A stretch of DNA of 64,000 nucleotides from an uncultured Candidatus Actinomarina sp. (GCA_902596545.1 CACJUH010000001.1:6858-70857), one strand, 5' to 3'; shown: positions 29,069-39,309, numbered from the stretch's first letter. Notes: generated by a model not told the origin, from the letters alone. Numbers and translations are program-made.

Positions 29069-30625
29069 GTGAAAACACCTAAACTTTTATTAACAACTAA
29101 CGTAATAATCCTATCTTTATTTTTAATGCCACTTTTTTATTTATTTTGGCGTTTTGCAGATTTATCAAGAAATTTATCTCGTTTTTTAAATTCATGGGAT
29201 GTATCGACTCTTTTATTCAATACCGTATTGTTATTTTTTGCAGTTGTTTTTACAAGTCTTTTACTTGGCTTAACAATTTCTGTCCTTACTGTTAGATATA
29301 AATTTCCTGGATCAAAAATTTTATTTAGTTTGACGATTTTACCGCTCGTAATTCCTTCTTATATTGGAGCTTTAACGTATGTATCTGCTTTTTCTCCAAA
29401 GGGTTTGTTTGTTGAAATATTTTCTAGATTTGGTTTATCTGAAATTATTGGAATAGAAGGGTTTGTTGGAAGCTGGATTGTTTTAACTTTATTTACATAT
29501 CCTTATGTTCAATTAATTTGCAGTAGTGCCTTAAGAAATTTAGATTCAACAGTCGAAGATGCTGCAAGGTCTTTAGGTGTAAAAAGAATAAAAATGTATA
29601 CAAGTGTAGTCATTCCAAGGTTAAAAAAACCTATGATATATTCATCGCTCTTAGTAGGTTTGTATGTTATTTCTGATTTTGGTGCTGTTTCGTTAATGAA
29701 GTATGGAACTATGACAAAAGCAATCTACTCTTATTATGTTATAAATATAAATGGTGATCCTGTCATTTTTTACTCAACGATTTTAATTGTTCTTGCCCTG
29801 ATCATAAGTTTTGCTCAAAGAGGAAGTGAGATGAGTAAGTCAGCAAAAGTATCTGGGACACCAAGAGAGCCAATTAGGATTGAACTTTCAAGAAGAAGCA
29901 AATATTTGGTCTTGTTGTTTTTTGGTGTTGTAATATTCTTTAGTTTACTTTTACCAGTTGGCGTTCTTTCATATTGGTTGATTCGAGGTTTATCTAATGG
30001 AAATCCAATTTCGGGATCTTTAGCAGGAGTTGCAGGTTCTTTAACTGCAGCAACAGTAACATCTTTTTTTGCAATGGTGATAGCAACTCCGATTGTTGTG
30101 ATGATCTCCCAATATAAGTCAAAATTTGGTGATTTATTTGAAAAAGTTACACTTACCCTTTATGGCCTCCCACACATCGCAGTTGGTATCTCAATGCTAT
30201 TTATTACAATTAAAATCTTTCCCTCAATTTATCAAACTTTTATAACCCTAATAATCTCATACTTAATTGTGTTTTTACCACAAGCTGTAGGAGGGGGACA
30301 AGCATCAATGGAACAAGTTAAAATTTCTTATATTGAGGCAAGTGCTGGACTTGGATTATCAAAACTAGATACATTTTTTAAAGTGACTTTTCCATTAATT
30401 TACAAAGGACTTCTTGCTGGAGCTGCTTTGGTATTTTTATCGACAATGAAAGAATTACCACAAACTTTATTATTGAGGCCTACAGGTTTTAGTACTATGG
30501 CTGTAGATATTTGGTCCTATGCATCGGAGGCATTATTTACACAAGCTGCATTCTCTGGATTTATTTTGTTAGCAATTAGTGCTTTTCCTACATATATACT
30601 TAGTACCAGGAATCTAGATAACTAA
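29069..30625 (+). CDS. Fe(III) ABC transporter permease (FbpB/FutB)
   Basis: LPLVIPSY, YPYV, EDAARSLG and EASAGLG loops, MKELP.TLLLRP. Confidence 0.9.
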   Translation: MKTPKLLLTTNVIILSLFLMPLFYLFWRFADLSRNLSRFLNSWDVSTLLFNTVLLFFAVVFTSLLLGLTISVLTVRYKFPGSKILFSLTILPLVIPSYIGALTYVSAFSPKGLFVEIFSRFGLSEIIGIEGFVGSWIVLTLFTYPYVQLICSSALRNLDSTVEDAARSLGVKRIKMYTSVVIPRLKKPMIYSSLLVGLYVISDFGAVSLMKYGTMTKAIYSYYVININGDPVIFYSTILIVLALIISFAQRGSEMSKSAKVSGTPREPIRIELSRRSKYLVLLFFGVVIFFSLLLPVGVLSYWLIRGLSNGNPISGSLAGVAGSLTAATVTSFFAMVIATPIVVMISQYKSKFGDLFEKVTLTLYGLPHIAVGISMLFITIKIFPSIYQTFITLIISYLIVFLPQAVGGGQASMEQVKISYIEASAGLGLSKLDTFFKVTFPLIYKGLLAGAALVFLSTMKELPQTLLLRPTGFSTMAVDIWSYASEALFTQAAFSGFILLAISAFPTYILSTRNLDN

Positions 30626-31650
30626 TGGCATACGATAACTTAATAATTAGAGCTCGTTCTATAACTAAGTCTTACGGATATGAAAAAGTTCTATCTGATT
30701 TTAATCTTGATGTCTGGAATGGCGCAATAGTGGGTATTCTAGGTGTCTCTGGTTCTGGAAAGACTACAGCTTTAAGACTTATTGCTGGCTTTGAAAAACC
30801 TGATAGTGGAATAATTGAAATGAGAAACGAGATAATTTCTAGTGAAGAAATTTATTTACCACCTGAAGAAAGAAATGTCGGGATGGTTTTTCAAGACTAT
30901 GCACTATTTCCTCATTTAGATGTTAAAAGCAATATTGCATTTGGACTATCTAAAAATCAAATTAAAAGTGGAAGATTAAATGAAGTTATTGAGATGTGTA
31001 ATTTGAATGATTACAGCGCCAAGCTACCACAAGAACTTTCTGGTGGACAACAACAAAGAGTAGCTCTTGCAAGAGCATTAGCCCCAAATCCTGAAGTTAT
31101 TCTATTAGACGAACCTTTTACAAGCTTAGACGCACATATGGCTAGAGATTTAAGAGATGAGGTAATGACACTTCTTAGAGAAACAGAAACAACAGCGATA
31201 ATTGTTACTCATGACCAAGAGGAAGCACTTTCTGTATGTGATGTTGTAAGCGTCCTAGAAAATGGGAGTGTTATTCAGAGCGCCACTCCTCAAGAAATTT
31301 ATTTAAATCCTGTAAGTCAGACAGTTGCTAATTCTGTTGGTGATCCAAACATACTTAAAGGATTTTCTATAAATGGAAGGGTAGAGACTTCTCTCGGTAC
31401 TTTTGTTTCTGCTTATGATGGTGCATTAGATGTTTCAATCAGACCAGAATGCATTGAGCTTAATTTAGATACTCAAGGAAACTATGTCGTTAAAGAATGT
31501 ACATTTTATGGACATGACCAAGTTATATCATTTCAGAATAGCAAGGGAGAGGTATTCAGAGCTAGATCATTACCAAATACTATTTACGAAGCTGGTGATA
31601 AAATCAATATTGAAATTTCTGAAGTAACTACTTTTCCGTCAAAGACTTGA
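30625..31650 (+). CDS. Fe(III) ABC transporter ATP-binding protein (FbpC/FutC)
   Basis: GVSGSGKTT, VFQDYALFPH, LSGGQQQR, LLDEPF, C-terminal TOBE-like region. Confidence 0.9.
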   Translation: MAYDNLIIRARSITKSYGYEKVLSDFNLDVWNGAIVGILGVSGSGKTTALRLIAGFEKPDSGIIEMRNEIISSEEIYLPPEERNVGMVFQDYALFPHLDVKSNIAFGLSKNQIKSGRLNEVIEMCNLNDYSAKLPQELSGGQQQRVALARALAPNPEVILLDEPFTSLDAHMARDLRDEVMTLLRETETTAIIVTHDQEEALSVCDVVSVLENGSVIQSATPQEIYLNPVSQTVANSVGDPNILKGFSINGRVETSLGTFVSAYDGALDVSIRPECIELNLDTQGNYVVKECTFYGHDQVISFQNSKGEVFRARSLPNTIYEAGDKINIEISEVTTFPSKT

Positions 31651-31833
31651 TTTAATATAAGCTACTCTTCCAGCTAAAGTTTGTAATTCAATTTCTATTT
31701 CTGCCAACTTATTAAATGCCCTTGAATAATCATCTTCAGCAATATACTCCCTTGAATTTGCAAGAGACTTTATTGAAGTTTCAATGTCAAACATTATTGA
31801 TTCTATTTCTGAAAAAATTAGTTGTTTATCCAT
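31639..31833 (-). CDS. Small helical hypothetical protein (64 aa)
   Basis: Amphipathic helical composition; TACAAT 6 nt before ATG; fills the gap. Confidence 0.65.
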   Translation of the reverse strand: MDKQLIFSEIESIMFDIETSIKSLANSREYIAEDDYSRAFNKLAEIEIELQTLAGRVAYIKSSL

Positions 31834-31889
31834 CGTTTAATTGTAAATAAAAAACTAGAATTATATTAATTATTTTTAATTGGGGGAGT

Positions 31890-32693
31890 ATGGAAATTAA
31901 AATTAAAAAACTAAAAAAATTTAACATTATTATGGGTACAGTCCACCTTATACAGGGTGGATTACTTTTTTGGCTTGGTACAGTCGTAAATTCAGACTTT
32001 GTTGTACCTATAACCTTAACTCAATTAGTAGGCGTAGGTTCCCCCGAAGATCCTTCGAGTTTTGCACTAGTTCCTCAACTAGAAGTTTGGAGGGAGGTCA
32101 CAAACTTCGGTCCTGCAGTAGCTACTTTCCTACTTGCTTCAGCAGTTGCACATTATTTAATTTCTGGTCCTTTTTACAACAAATATAAAGAGGATTTATC
32201 AAAAGGAATAAATAAAGTGCGTTGGATTGAATACTCAATTAGTGCATCTGTAATGATAGTCCTCATTGCATTACTGGTTGGAATTTATGATGTATGGGCT
32301 TTAGCCGGTATATTTTTCATGAATGCTGCAATGTGTTGGTTTGGTTGGATGATGGAAGTCAATAATCAATATACTGAAAAAGTTGACTGGACAAGTTATA
32401 TTATGGGTTGCCTAGTCGGAATTGCACCGTGGATTTTTATATTTATTAATCTCATAGGTGATGGTGTTGCGACTGACTCTAATCCACAAGGAGTTCCACA
32501 ATTCGTCGTATGGATTTTTGTAAGTATATTTCTATTCTTTAATACTTTTTCAATAAATATGATTTTGCAATACAAGCAAGTAGGTAAATGGAAAGATTAT
32601 TTGTACGGAGAAAGAGCTTATATTTGGTTAAGCTTACTTGCAAAGACTTGTCTTGCCTGGCAAGTATTTTTTGGAACGTATCAACCAAATTAA
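31890..32693 (+). CDS. Heliorhodopsin
   Basis: FN...G.VHLIQG (TM1 His), AHY (TM2 His), RWIEYSISAS (counter-ion Glu), YGERAYIWLSLLAK (retinal Lys); SD GGGGGAG. Confidence 0.95.
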   Translation: MEIKIKKLKKFNIIMGTVHLIQGGLLFWLGTVVNSDFVVPITLTQLVGVGSPEDPSSFALVPQLEVWREVTNFGPAVATFLLASAVAHYLISGPFYNKYKEDLSKGINKVRWIEYSISASVMIVLIALLVGIYDVWALAGIFFMNAAMCWFGWMMEVNNQYTEKVDWTSYIMGCLVGIAPWIFIFINLIGDGVATDSNPQGVPQFVVWIFVSIFLFFNTFSINMILQYKQVGKWKDYLYGERAYIWLSLLAKTCLAWQVFFGTYQPN

Positions 32694-32768
32694 ATATTTA
32701 TTTAATTTTTTTCCCAAAAAATATTAGCAGAATAATGATCAGAAATAATCCTATATAAGAAAGTGCCA

Positions 32769-33557
32769 TCAGTTTTTAGATCTAAATTTTCTAAACCCTA
32801 GTACTAAAAACAATAATGGAATTGCAATTATTCCAAATGACACACCAAAACCAATTATTGATTCAATCCAATTTAAAGCCCTTTGAACATAATAATTCCA
32901 TGAAAATAATGAAACTCCTGAACCCTCTCTGATATCTAGAGTCAAAGAAGAGTATGAAACTGAATTTTCATAATATTCTTTTTGTCCTTCAAGCACTTGA
33001 ATGTCTTGATTTATATACCGAAGTTGAGATTGTACTTGGAGTTTATCTGATGTTGACACTGCTTCTTCTTTTATTTCTTCAAGCGCTTTCTTCTCATCTT
33101 TTAAGGATTTCAATCTTGAATCAATATCAAGCACATATTTAGTTACATCATTCGCATTCAAATTTATATTCGTAAATTTGGAAATTTCTTCTACTTCCGA
33201 TAGAAAATTTTCGAACTCTTCTGCTGGAATATTCATTGTTACGTTATAACTTTTAAGCCCTTGATAATTAGTTGAAAGATAAGTATTTGAAATATTTCCA
33301 CTGTAATTTTTAACTAAGACTTCTACTTCATTAATTGTACTTTCAAAGTTAGATGAACTTACGTCTGTACTTGCATAAGCAGTTTTAATAATATAGTCAC
33401 CTTGTGAAAAAGACCCATCTCGTGTGATAGTATTTTCAGAAAAAGCCATGTCCTCAGTTCCTGCAAAATACGGCTCAGATATCCCCATTGTTATTTCACC
33501 TGATTGGGAACAAAAAGAAAAAGTTAAAAGAAAAAATAGAAGTTTAAGATTTTTCAC
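32769..33557 (-). CDS. DUF4349-like membrane-anchored protein
   Basis: IP...F..F, DVT....DIDSRL, coiled coil, V.YSSLTL, C-terminal TM; N-terminal signal. Confidence 0.75.
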   Translation of the reverse strand: MKNLKLLFFLLTFSFCSQSGEITMGISEPYFAGTEDMAFSENTITRDGSFSQGDYIIKTAYASTDVSSSNFESTINEVEVLVKNYSGNISNTYLSTNYQGLKSYNVTMNIPAEEFENFLSEVEEISKFTNINLNANDVTKYVLDIDSRLKSLKDEKKALEEIKEEAVSTSDKLQVQSQLRYINQDIQVLEGQKEYYENSVSYSSLTLDIREGSGVSLFSWNYYVQRALNWIESIIGFGVSFGIIAIPLLFLVLGFRKFRSKN

Positions 33558-33575
33558 AAACTAATTATAAGTAAT

Positions 33576-34664
33576 TTAGTAGTTAGATAGTTCAATTATT
33601 GGAATTTTTAATTCTTCTTTAGACAACCCTCCATGGTAACCCTTCAACTCTGCCGACAGGTGTTTTGGATAAATGATATTTTTATCTTCGACTAAAAAAC
33701 AAAAATCAGGATAAATTGTTCGCAAATAATCATTTACTGGATCACCAAGAAGATAAGACAACTCATGTTGCTCCAGTAAAACACCTGGTATTTCAGAAAA
33801 AGTCTCTAAAACATTTTTTTTAGGCCCATTTATATAAACAGATCGTTGGTCTCCATATATTTGTAAATTATCACTGTAATTCAGATGATGACGACTTTCT
33901 GCGTTAATATTTACAAGACCGTGATCAGCAGAAATAATAGTTTTTGTTTTCTTATTACTTATATTTGAAATCTCATTAACCAATTTTTCAAATTTAGTTA
34001 TTTCTATCTGCCACTCTTCTGAATTCACTCCGAATATATGGGCCGTAACATCAATTAGGGGATAATAGATAAAATTAAACTTATTTTCCAAAATTGTAGA
34101 TTCTGACAGTAATTCCAAAAGATTCTGCTCATCGTCATATGGAATAGTGCTCGATGGCTCATACAGACAATCTGAGAGAGGAGTTCCTACCAAATTTCTA
34201 GGCTGAAAATTAGAAGCATAAATTTTGTTTTCTTTAAAAATTTTCCAAATTGAATTTTGTTTTTGAAAATGATCACTTAATAATAAATTTTTGTTATCTT
34301 GATTCCAATTTAATGCATTTATTAGCCCGTATTGTGATTTGTCATACATGTAGTAACCTATCAGTCCGTGATCAATCGGATTTTTCATAAACGCAATTGA
34401 CGACAAAGCCACGTTTGTTGAGGAGGGAAATGTTGTATTAATAGATTTTGTAACATTTTTATTTAGATAAGAATCTGTACTGTTCAGATTTTCATAACCA
34501 AGTCCGTCAGCCAGTATGAAGTTTATAGTGTCTGCATCATAAAGATCATCTGACAATAGACTAAACCTTGTATCTATTTCTAATTTATTCCGAACCACTT
34601 CTTTAAAGATTTCTTTGGCAAGATCTACTATGTTGGGTTCTTCTAAAAAATTTTTATTAATCAC
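33576..34664 (-). CDS. Alkaline phosphatase superfamily / nucleotide pyrophosphatase-like protein
   Basis: ADGLG, FPSST, D..AH, SADHG, GYHGG.S.EE..IP. Confidence 0.85.
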   Translation of the reverse strand: MINKNFLEEPNIVDLAKEIFKEVVRNKLEIDTRFSLLSDDLYDADTINFILADGLGYENLNSTDSYLNKNVTKSINTTFPSSTNVALSSIAFMKNPIDHGLIGYYMYDKSQYGLINALNWNQDNKNLLLSDHFQKQNSIWKIFKENKIYASNFQPRNLVGTPLSDCLYEPSSTIPYDDEQNLLELLSESTILENKFNFIYYPLIDVTAHIFGVNSEEWQIEITKFEKLVNEISNISNKKTKTIISADHGLVNINAESRHHLNYSDNLQIYGDQRSVYINGPKKNVLETFSEIPGVLLEQHELSYLLGDPVNDYLRTIYPDFCFLVEDKNIIYPKHLSAELKGYHGGLSKEELKIPIIELSNY

Positions 34665-34745
34665 TTATAAAAAATCTTACAAAAAAATTACACTGAAGTT
34701 TGAGAAAAAACTAAACTTTTTAGAGGCTTAACTAAACTATAAATT

Positions 34746-35114
34746 ATGATTTCTTATTTTCAAGACTACGTGACCATAGGAGCAGTGCTGGGATTCGGCT
34801 TATTTCTTGTTGTGTTATTACTCGGGGTAGCCTCTGTGCTCAGACCAAACAAACCTTATGCTGAAAAACTACAAACTTATGAATGTGGTGTAGACCCTGT
34901 AGGTACAGGATGGAGTCAAACATATGTTAGATACTATATATTTGGTTTACTTTTCGTAATTTTTGATGTTGAAGCGGTTTTCATATTTCCATGGGCTATC
35001 AATTTAGAAAAGCTGGGTTATTTTGGATTAATTGAAATGTTTGTTTTTATATTCATTCTTTTAATTGGTCTTATATATGCAATAAGAAAGGATGTGCTTA
35101 AGTGGGAGTCATAG
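34746..35114 (+). CDS. nuoA: Complex I-like subunit A (cluster 2)
   Basis: [19 protein letters not shown]. Confidence 0.95.
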   Translation: MISYFQDYVTIGAVLGFGLFLVVLLLGVASVLRPNKPYAEKLQTYECGVDPVGTGWSQTYVRYYIFGLLFVIFDVEAVFIFPWAINLEKLGYFGLIEMFVFIFILLIGLIYAIRKDVLKWES

Positions 35115-35599
35115 ACAAATTTGGTCTTCCAAAACCTATATCATCAGTTTTTAACTGGGCTAGATCATATTCACTTTGGTATTTTCAATTCGGATTAGCT
35201 TGTTGCGCCATTGAGGTTATGGCTGTTAGTGGACCTAGGCACGATTTTATGAGATTAGGAGTAATTCCACTTCCCGCATCTCCACGACAGGCTGATTTCA
35301 TGATTGTAGCTGGAACAGTAACAGACAAAATGGCTCCTTCTGTCAAAAGGCTCTATGATCAAATGCCAGAACCAAAGTATGTTATCTCAATGGGCTCTTG
35401 CTCTAATAGCGGTGGTCCATATTGGGATTCTTACTCAGTCACCAAGGGCGTCGATCAGCTAATTCCCGTGGATGTCTATGTTCCAGGTTGTCCGCCGAGA
35501 CCAGAAGCACTTCAGGAGGGCATAATTCTTCTTCAGAAAAAAATTCGCGGAGAAGATATGAAAGAAAAATGGACAGAAGTTCAAACTGAGCCAATTTAA
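35102..35599 (+). CDS. nuoB: Complex I-like subunit B (cluster 2)
   Basis: [33 protein letters not shown]. Confidence 0.96.
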   Translation: MGVIDKFGLPKPISSVFNWARSYSLWYFQFGLACCAIEVMAVSGPRHDFMRLGVIPLPASPRQADFMIVAGTVTDKMAPSVKRLYDQMPEPKYVISMGSCSNSGGPYWDSYSVTKGVDQLIPVDVYVPGCPPRPEALQEGIILLQKKIRGEDMKEKWTEVQTEPI

Positions 35600-35600
35600 G

Positions 35601-36146
35601 ATGGAAGAATTTTTTAACAATATAAAAGAAAGCTTTAAAGACACTGAATTAGAGTTTGAAACAATAAATATTAAAGTTGATTCAACAGAGTGGATTGAAG
35701 CACATAAAAAACTTAGAGATGAATTTAATTTGAAATTTTTCTCTTGGCTTTCAGCAGTAGATTGGGACAATGATGTTTCTGTTGGTGAAGCTCCTAAAGA
35801 AAGCGTTTCACCTTGTTTTGAAATAATTTCATGCTTATCTGATTTAGCAAATACAAATTTAATTACCATATCGACGACTATCGACAAATCAGATCCAAAA
35901 ATCAGTTCTCTTGTAGAAATATATGGTGGTGCTAATTGGCATGAAAGAGAAGCATATGAAATGTTTGGAATAAATTTTGAAAATCATCCAAATCTTGAAA
36001 AACTATATCTTCCTGATGGATACGAAGGAAATCCTATGCTTAAGTCTTTTGAGTTGATAAGTAGAGAAGTTAAGCCTTGGCCTGGAGAAGTTGATGTAGA
36101 AGGCATGCCAGAAGAAACAGAAAGTGATGAATCTGCAGATGGTTAA
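35601..36146 (+). CDS. nuoC: Complex I-like subunit C (cluster 2)
   Basis: LSAVDW, ANWHEREAYEMFGI.F..HP.L, GNPMLK. Confidence 0.93.
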   Translation: MEEFFNNIKESFKDTELEFETINIKVDSTEWIEAHKKLRDEFNLKFFSWLSAVDWDNDVSVGEAPKESVSPCFEIISCLSDLANTNLITISTTIDKSDPKISSLVEIYGGANWHEREAYEMFGINFENHPNLEKLYLPDGYEGNPMLKSFELISREVKPWPGEVDVEGMPEETESDESADG

Positions 36147-37335
36147 TGCACTAGATCCACAGAATATGAATAGTTTTTCAGAGGCCTCTGTATCTGTAGA
36201 AATTGAAACAGAAGATATGACATTAAATATAGGACCTCAACATCCATCAACTCACGGAGTACTTAGGCTGGTTGCAAAAGTTGATGGCGAAAAAGTTCAT
36301 GATGTAAAACCTGTTCTTGGTTACATGCATCGTGGTTATGAAAAACTTGCAGAAGTTAGGTCATATCCTCAAATAACGACACTCGTAAATCGAATAGATT
36401 GGGTTGCAGGATTTTCAAATGAAATTCCTTTTATTGCTGGTGCTGAAAGATTAATGGAAATTGAAGTTCCTGAAAGAGCCAAACATATCAGACTAATACT
36501 TAATGAAATGGCAAGAATATCCTCACATTTTGTGTTCAATGGAGCTTATGCTCTCGAAGTTGGTGCGTTAACTCCAATCTTTTACGCAATGGAAGATAGA
36601 GAAAGAGTTCTAGATTTAATTGAATCAGTAACCGGTGGCCGATTTCATCCGAATTTCAATAGAATAGGTGGAGTAAAACCAGCAGCTGGAGCAGGTCCTA
36701 CTTCGAAAAAAAATATCCAAGATCTACCTGCTGGATTTTACAGAGATACAAAAGTTGCAATGGAAAAAGTAATTGAGGCAGCTGATCAGTTTCAAAATTT
36801 AATTGGTGGAAATGAAGTATTCAAGAAAAGAACAAAAAATGTTGGTGTCCTAACTGCTGAGACAGCAGAAGCTTATGGTGTATCTGGACCAATACTTAGA
36901 GCTTCAGGTGTTAAGTCTGATTTGAGAACACAAACCGATTATTTGCCATATGATCAATTTGATTACGATATTCCTACTGGAGAGAATGGAGATTGTTATG
37001 ATCGATGGGATGTCAGAGTAAAAGAAATGGTTGAATCAGCAAAAATAGTTTTGCAAGCAATTGACTCTATGCCATCTGGCCCATTACAAGCAAAAGTTCC
37101 TAAAGTTATAAAAGTTCCTAAAGGACGAACGTATGTAAGAGCTGAAAATCCAAAAGGGGAAATGGGTTATTACATAATATCAGATGGAGGGCTGGGACCA
37201 TACAGACTTAAAGTTCGAACAGCTTCATTTAGCAACATTTCAATTTTACCCATTATGCTTGAGGGTGCTCTACTACCAGATTTAATTGCCATAATGGGAA
37301 GCTTAGATTTTGTATTGGGAGATGTAGATAGATGA
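36139..37335 (+). CDS. nuoD: Complex I-like subunit D (cluster 2)
   Basis: NIGPQHPSTHGVLRL, GYMHRGYEK, ENPKGE, GDVDR; start uncertain (36124 or 36139). Confidence 0.95.
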   Translation: MVNALDPQNMNSFSEASVSVEIETEDMTLNIGPQHPSTHGVLRLVAKVDGEKVHDVKPVLGYMHRGYEKLAEVRSYPQITTLVNRIDWVAGFSNEIPFIAGAERLMEIEVPERAKHIRLILNEMARISSHFVFNGAYALEVGALTPIFYAMEDRERVLDLIESVTGGRFHPNFNRIGGVKPAAGAGPTSKKNIQDLPAGFYRDTKVAMEKVIEAADQFQNLIGGNEVFKKRTKNVGVLTAETAEAYGVSGPILRASGVKSDLRTQTDYLPYDQFDYDIPTGENGDCYDRWDVRVKEMVESAKIVLQAIDSMPSGPLQAKVPKVIKVPKGRTYVRAENPKGEMGYYIISDGGLGPYRLKVRTASFSNISILPIMLEGALLPDLIAIMGSLDFVLGDVDR

Positions 37336-38303
37336 CAGAGGTTTTAATCAAGGTAGGATTTCTTGCTGTAGCAGCATTAAATGGCGCAATCATTTTTACA
37401 ATTATGGATGTTAAAGGTGCCTCTTGGATGCAGAGAAGGCCAGGACCTTTGCATGTTGGACTCAGAGGTTTTATATTTCCATTGGCTGAAATACTTAAAT
37501 TTGTTCAAAAAGAAGACATAATCCCAACCGAAGTGGACAGGCCCGTATTCAAATGGGCTCCTGCCTATGTTATGGTTTCTTGTGTTGCTCTTTTTGCTGT
37601 AGTACCAATGAGTCCTACGTTGGTTGTGGCAGATTTAGAATTAGGTGTTTTCTTTGCACTTGCAATAAGCTCCTTAGGAACCATAGGTGTATTAACCGCT
37701 GGATGGTCATCAGCAAATAAATATTCCCTTATGGGCGGCTTAAGAGCAGCAGGACAGCTTATAGCTTATGAACTTCCACTGATACTTGCTGTTGTTGGAG
37801 TTGTTATTCAAGCTGAAACCATGTCATTGGTTGGGATTGTAGAAAAACAAATTGAATGGGGAGTTCCTTTTGTTGTTGGCGGACAGATAGTTGGTTTTCT
37901 AATTTTTATGGTTGCTGCAACAGCTGAAATGATGAGAGTGCCATTTGATATGCCAATTGGTGAATCAGAACTAACTATGGGATTTATGACAGAATATTCT
38001 GGGATTAGATTTCTTATTTTCTATATTTCTGAATACATGAATATGTTTATTTTATGCGCTATTGCTTCAACACTATTTCTTGGGGGTTATCATGTGCCTT
38101 TGCTACCAACAGAATGGGTAAACTTTTATGGACCTGTTGTTCTCTTAACTAAAACTGCTATTTTAGGTTTTATCTTGGTAGCAGTGAGGTGGTCACAACC
38201 AAGATTTAGAGAAGATCAATTACAAAACCTAGCATGGAAGATACTTATTCCGGCATCTTTAGTTAATATTCTTGTAACTGCAATTATGAAAGTTGGATTT
38301 TAA
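37332..38303 (+). CDS. nuoH: Complex I-like subunit H (cluster 2)
   Basis: MQRRPGP, NKYSLMGGLRA, AYELP, TEYSG, PRFREDQL; follows nuoD directly with no nuoEFG. Confidence 0.95.
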   Translation: MTEVLIKVGFLAVAALNGAIIFTIMDVKGASWMQRRPGPLHVGLRGFIFPLAEILKFVQKEDIIPTEVDRPVFKWAPAYVMVSCVALFAVVPMSPTLVVADLELGVFFALAISSLGTIGVLTAGWSSANKYSLMGGLRAAGQLIAYELPLILAVVGVVIQAETMSLVGIVEKQIEWGVPFVVGGQIVGFLIFMVAATAEMMRVPFDMPIGESELTMGFMTEYSGIRFLIFYISEYMNMFILCAIASTLFLGGYHVPLLPTEWVNFYGPVVLLTKTAILGFILVAVRWSQPRFREDQLQNLAWKILIPASLVNILVTAIMKVGF

Positions 38304-38788
38304 TGAAGACATTTAAGCCAAAAATACCAGGATTTTTAATTGGAATAAAAATTGTTATCGTAAATATGCTTAAAACTCTATCTCCATTCCATTCAAAACC
38401 AAATGTAAATTACCCGTTTGAAAAAGAAAAAGTGGCACCAAGAGCGAGAGGGGTTATTGCTTTAGACCAAGAAGCATGCACCAGTTGTATGTTGTGTGCA
38501 CGACAATGCCCTGATTGGTGTATTTATATAGAAGGCCATAAAGAATTACAACCTCCTTCAAAACCTGGAGGTAGACAAAGAAGCAGAGCTGTCTTGGACA
38601 GATTTGACATTGACTATGCACTATGTATGTATTGCGGAATTTGCGTAGAAGTTTGCCCATTCGATGCTTTGTTTTGGTCACCAGAATATGAATATTCTGA
38701 ATTCAACATGGGCGACATGTTGCACGACAAAGAACGCCTAGACGATTGGTTGCAAACTGTTCCAGACCCCGAGGGACTCGAAAGTTAA
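38303..38788 (+). CDS. nuoI: Complex I-like subunit I (cluster 2)
   Basis: CTSCMLCARQCP and CMYCGICVEVCP. Confidence 0.95.
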   Translation: MKTFKPKIPGFLIGIKIVIVNMLKTLSPFHSKPNVNYPFEKEKVAPRARGVIALDQEACTSCMLCARQCPDWCIYIEGHKELQPPSKPGGRQRSRAVLDRFDIDYALCMYCGICVEVCPFDALFWSPEYEYSEFNMGDMLHDKERLDDWLQTVPDPEGLES

Positions 38789-38790
38789 AA

Positions 38791-39309
38791 ATGGAAATTT
38801 TTGAGATTGTAACTTACTTCGTTCTTCTTTTATTGGTTTCAACTGCAGTAAGGGTTGTTACAACTTCAAACGTAATCCATGCAGCTATATCGCTTGTGTT
38901 TACGCTAGCTTTGACTTCAGTATTATTTTTACTTCTATCAACGGAGTTTGTTGCTCTTGTACTAGTCCTTGTCTATATTGGTGCGGTAATAGTTCTCTTT
39001 TTATTTGGAATTATGATTACTCGAGCACCATTAGGTAAAAACGCTGAGCTTGATAATGATAAAAACAAAAAGTTAGGGGCGGCAATCGCAGGCTCAATAT
39101 TTTTCTTGTTTTCATATATATTGGTAAATGGATTTGATGGCGAAGTTATTATAACTTCTGGATCATCTACTGAACTATTAGGAGAAATATTGCTTAGTAG
39201 ATTTGTTTTTCCTTTTGAATTAGTTTCATTTGTTTTACTTGCTGCACTAATTGGAGGAATAACTTTAGCCAGAAAAGATGAAGCACTAATAGATGAGGAT
39301 CAAGTATGA
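38791..39309 (+). CDS. nuoJ: Complex I-like subunit J (cluster 2)
   Basis: NVIHAA, VYIGAVIVLFLF.IM, PFELVS; start set at MEIFE. Confidence 0.93.
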   Translation: MEIFEIVTYFVLLLLVSTAVRVVTTSNVIHAAISLVFTLALTSVLFLLLSTEFVALVLVLVYIGAVIVLFLFGIMITRAPLGKNAELDNDKNKKLGAAIAGSIFFLFSYILVNGFDGEVIITSGSSTELLGEILLSRFVFPFELVSFVLLAALIGGITLARKDEALIDEDQV

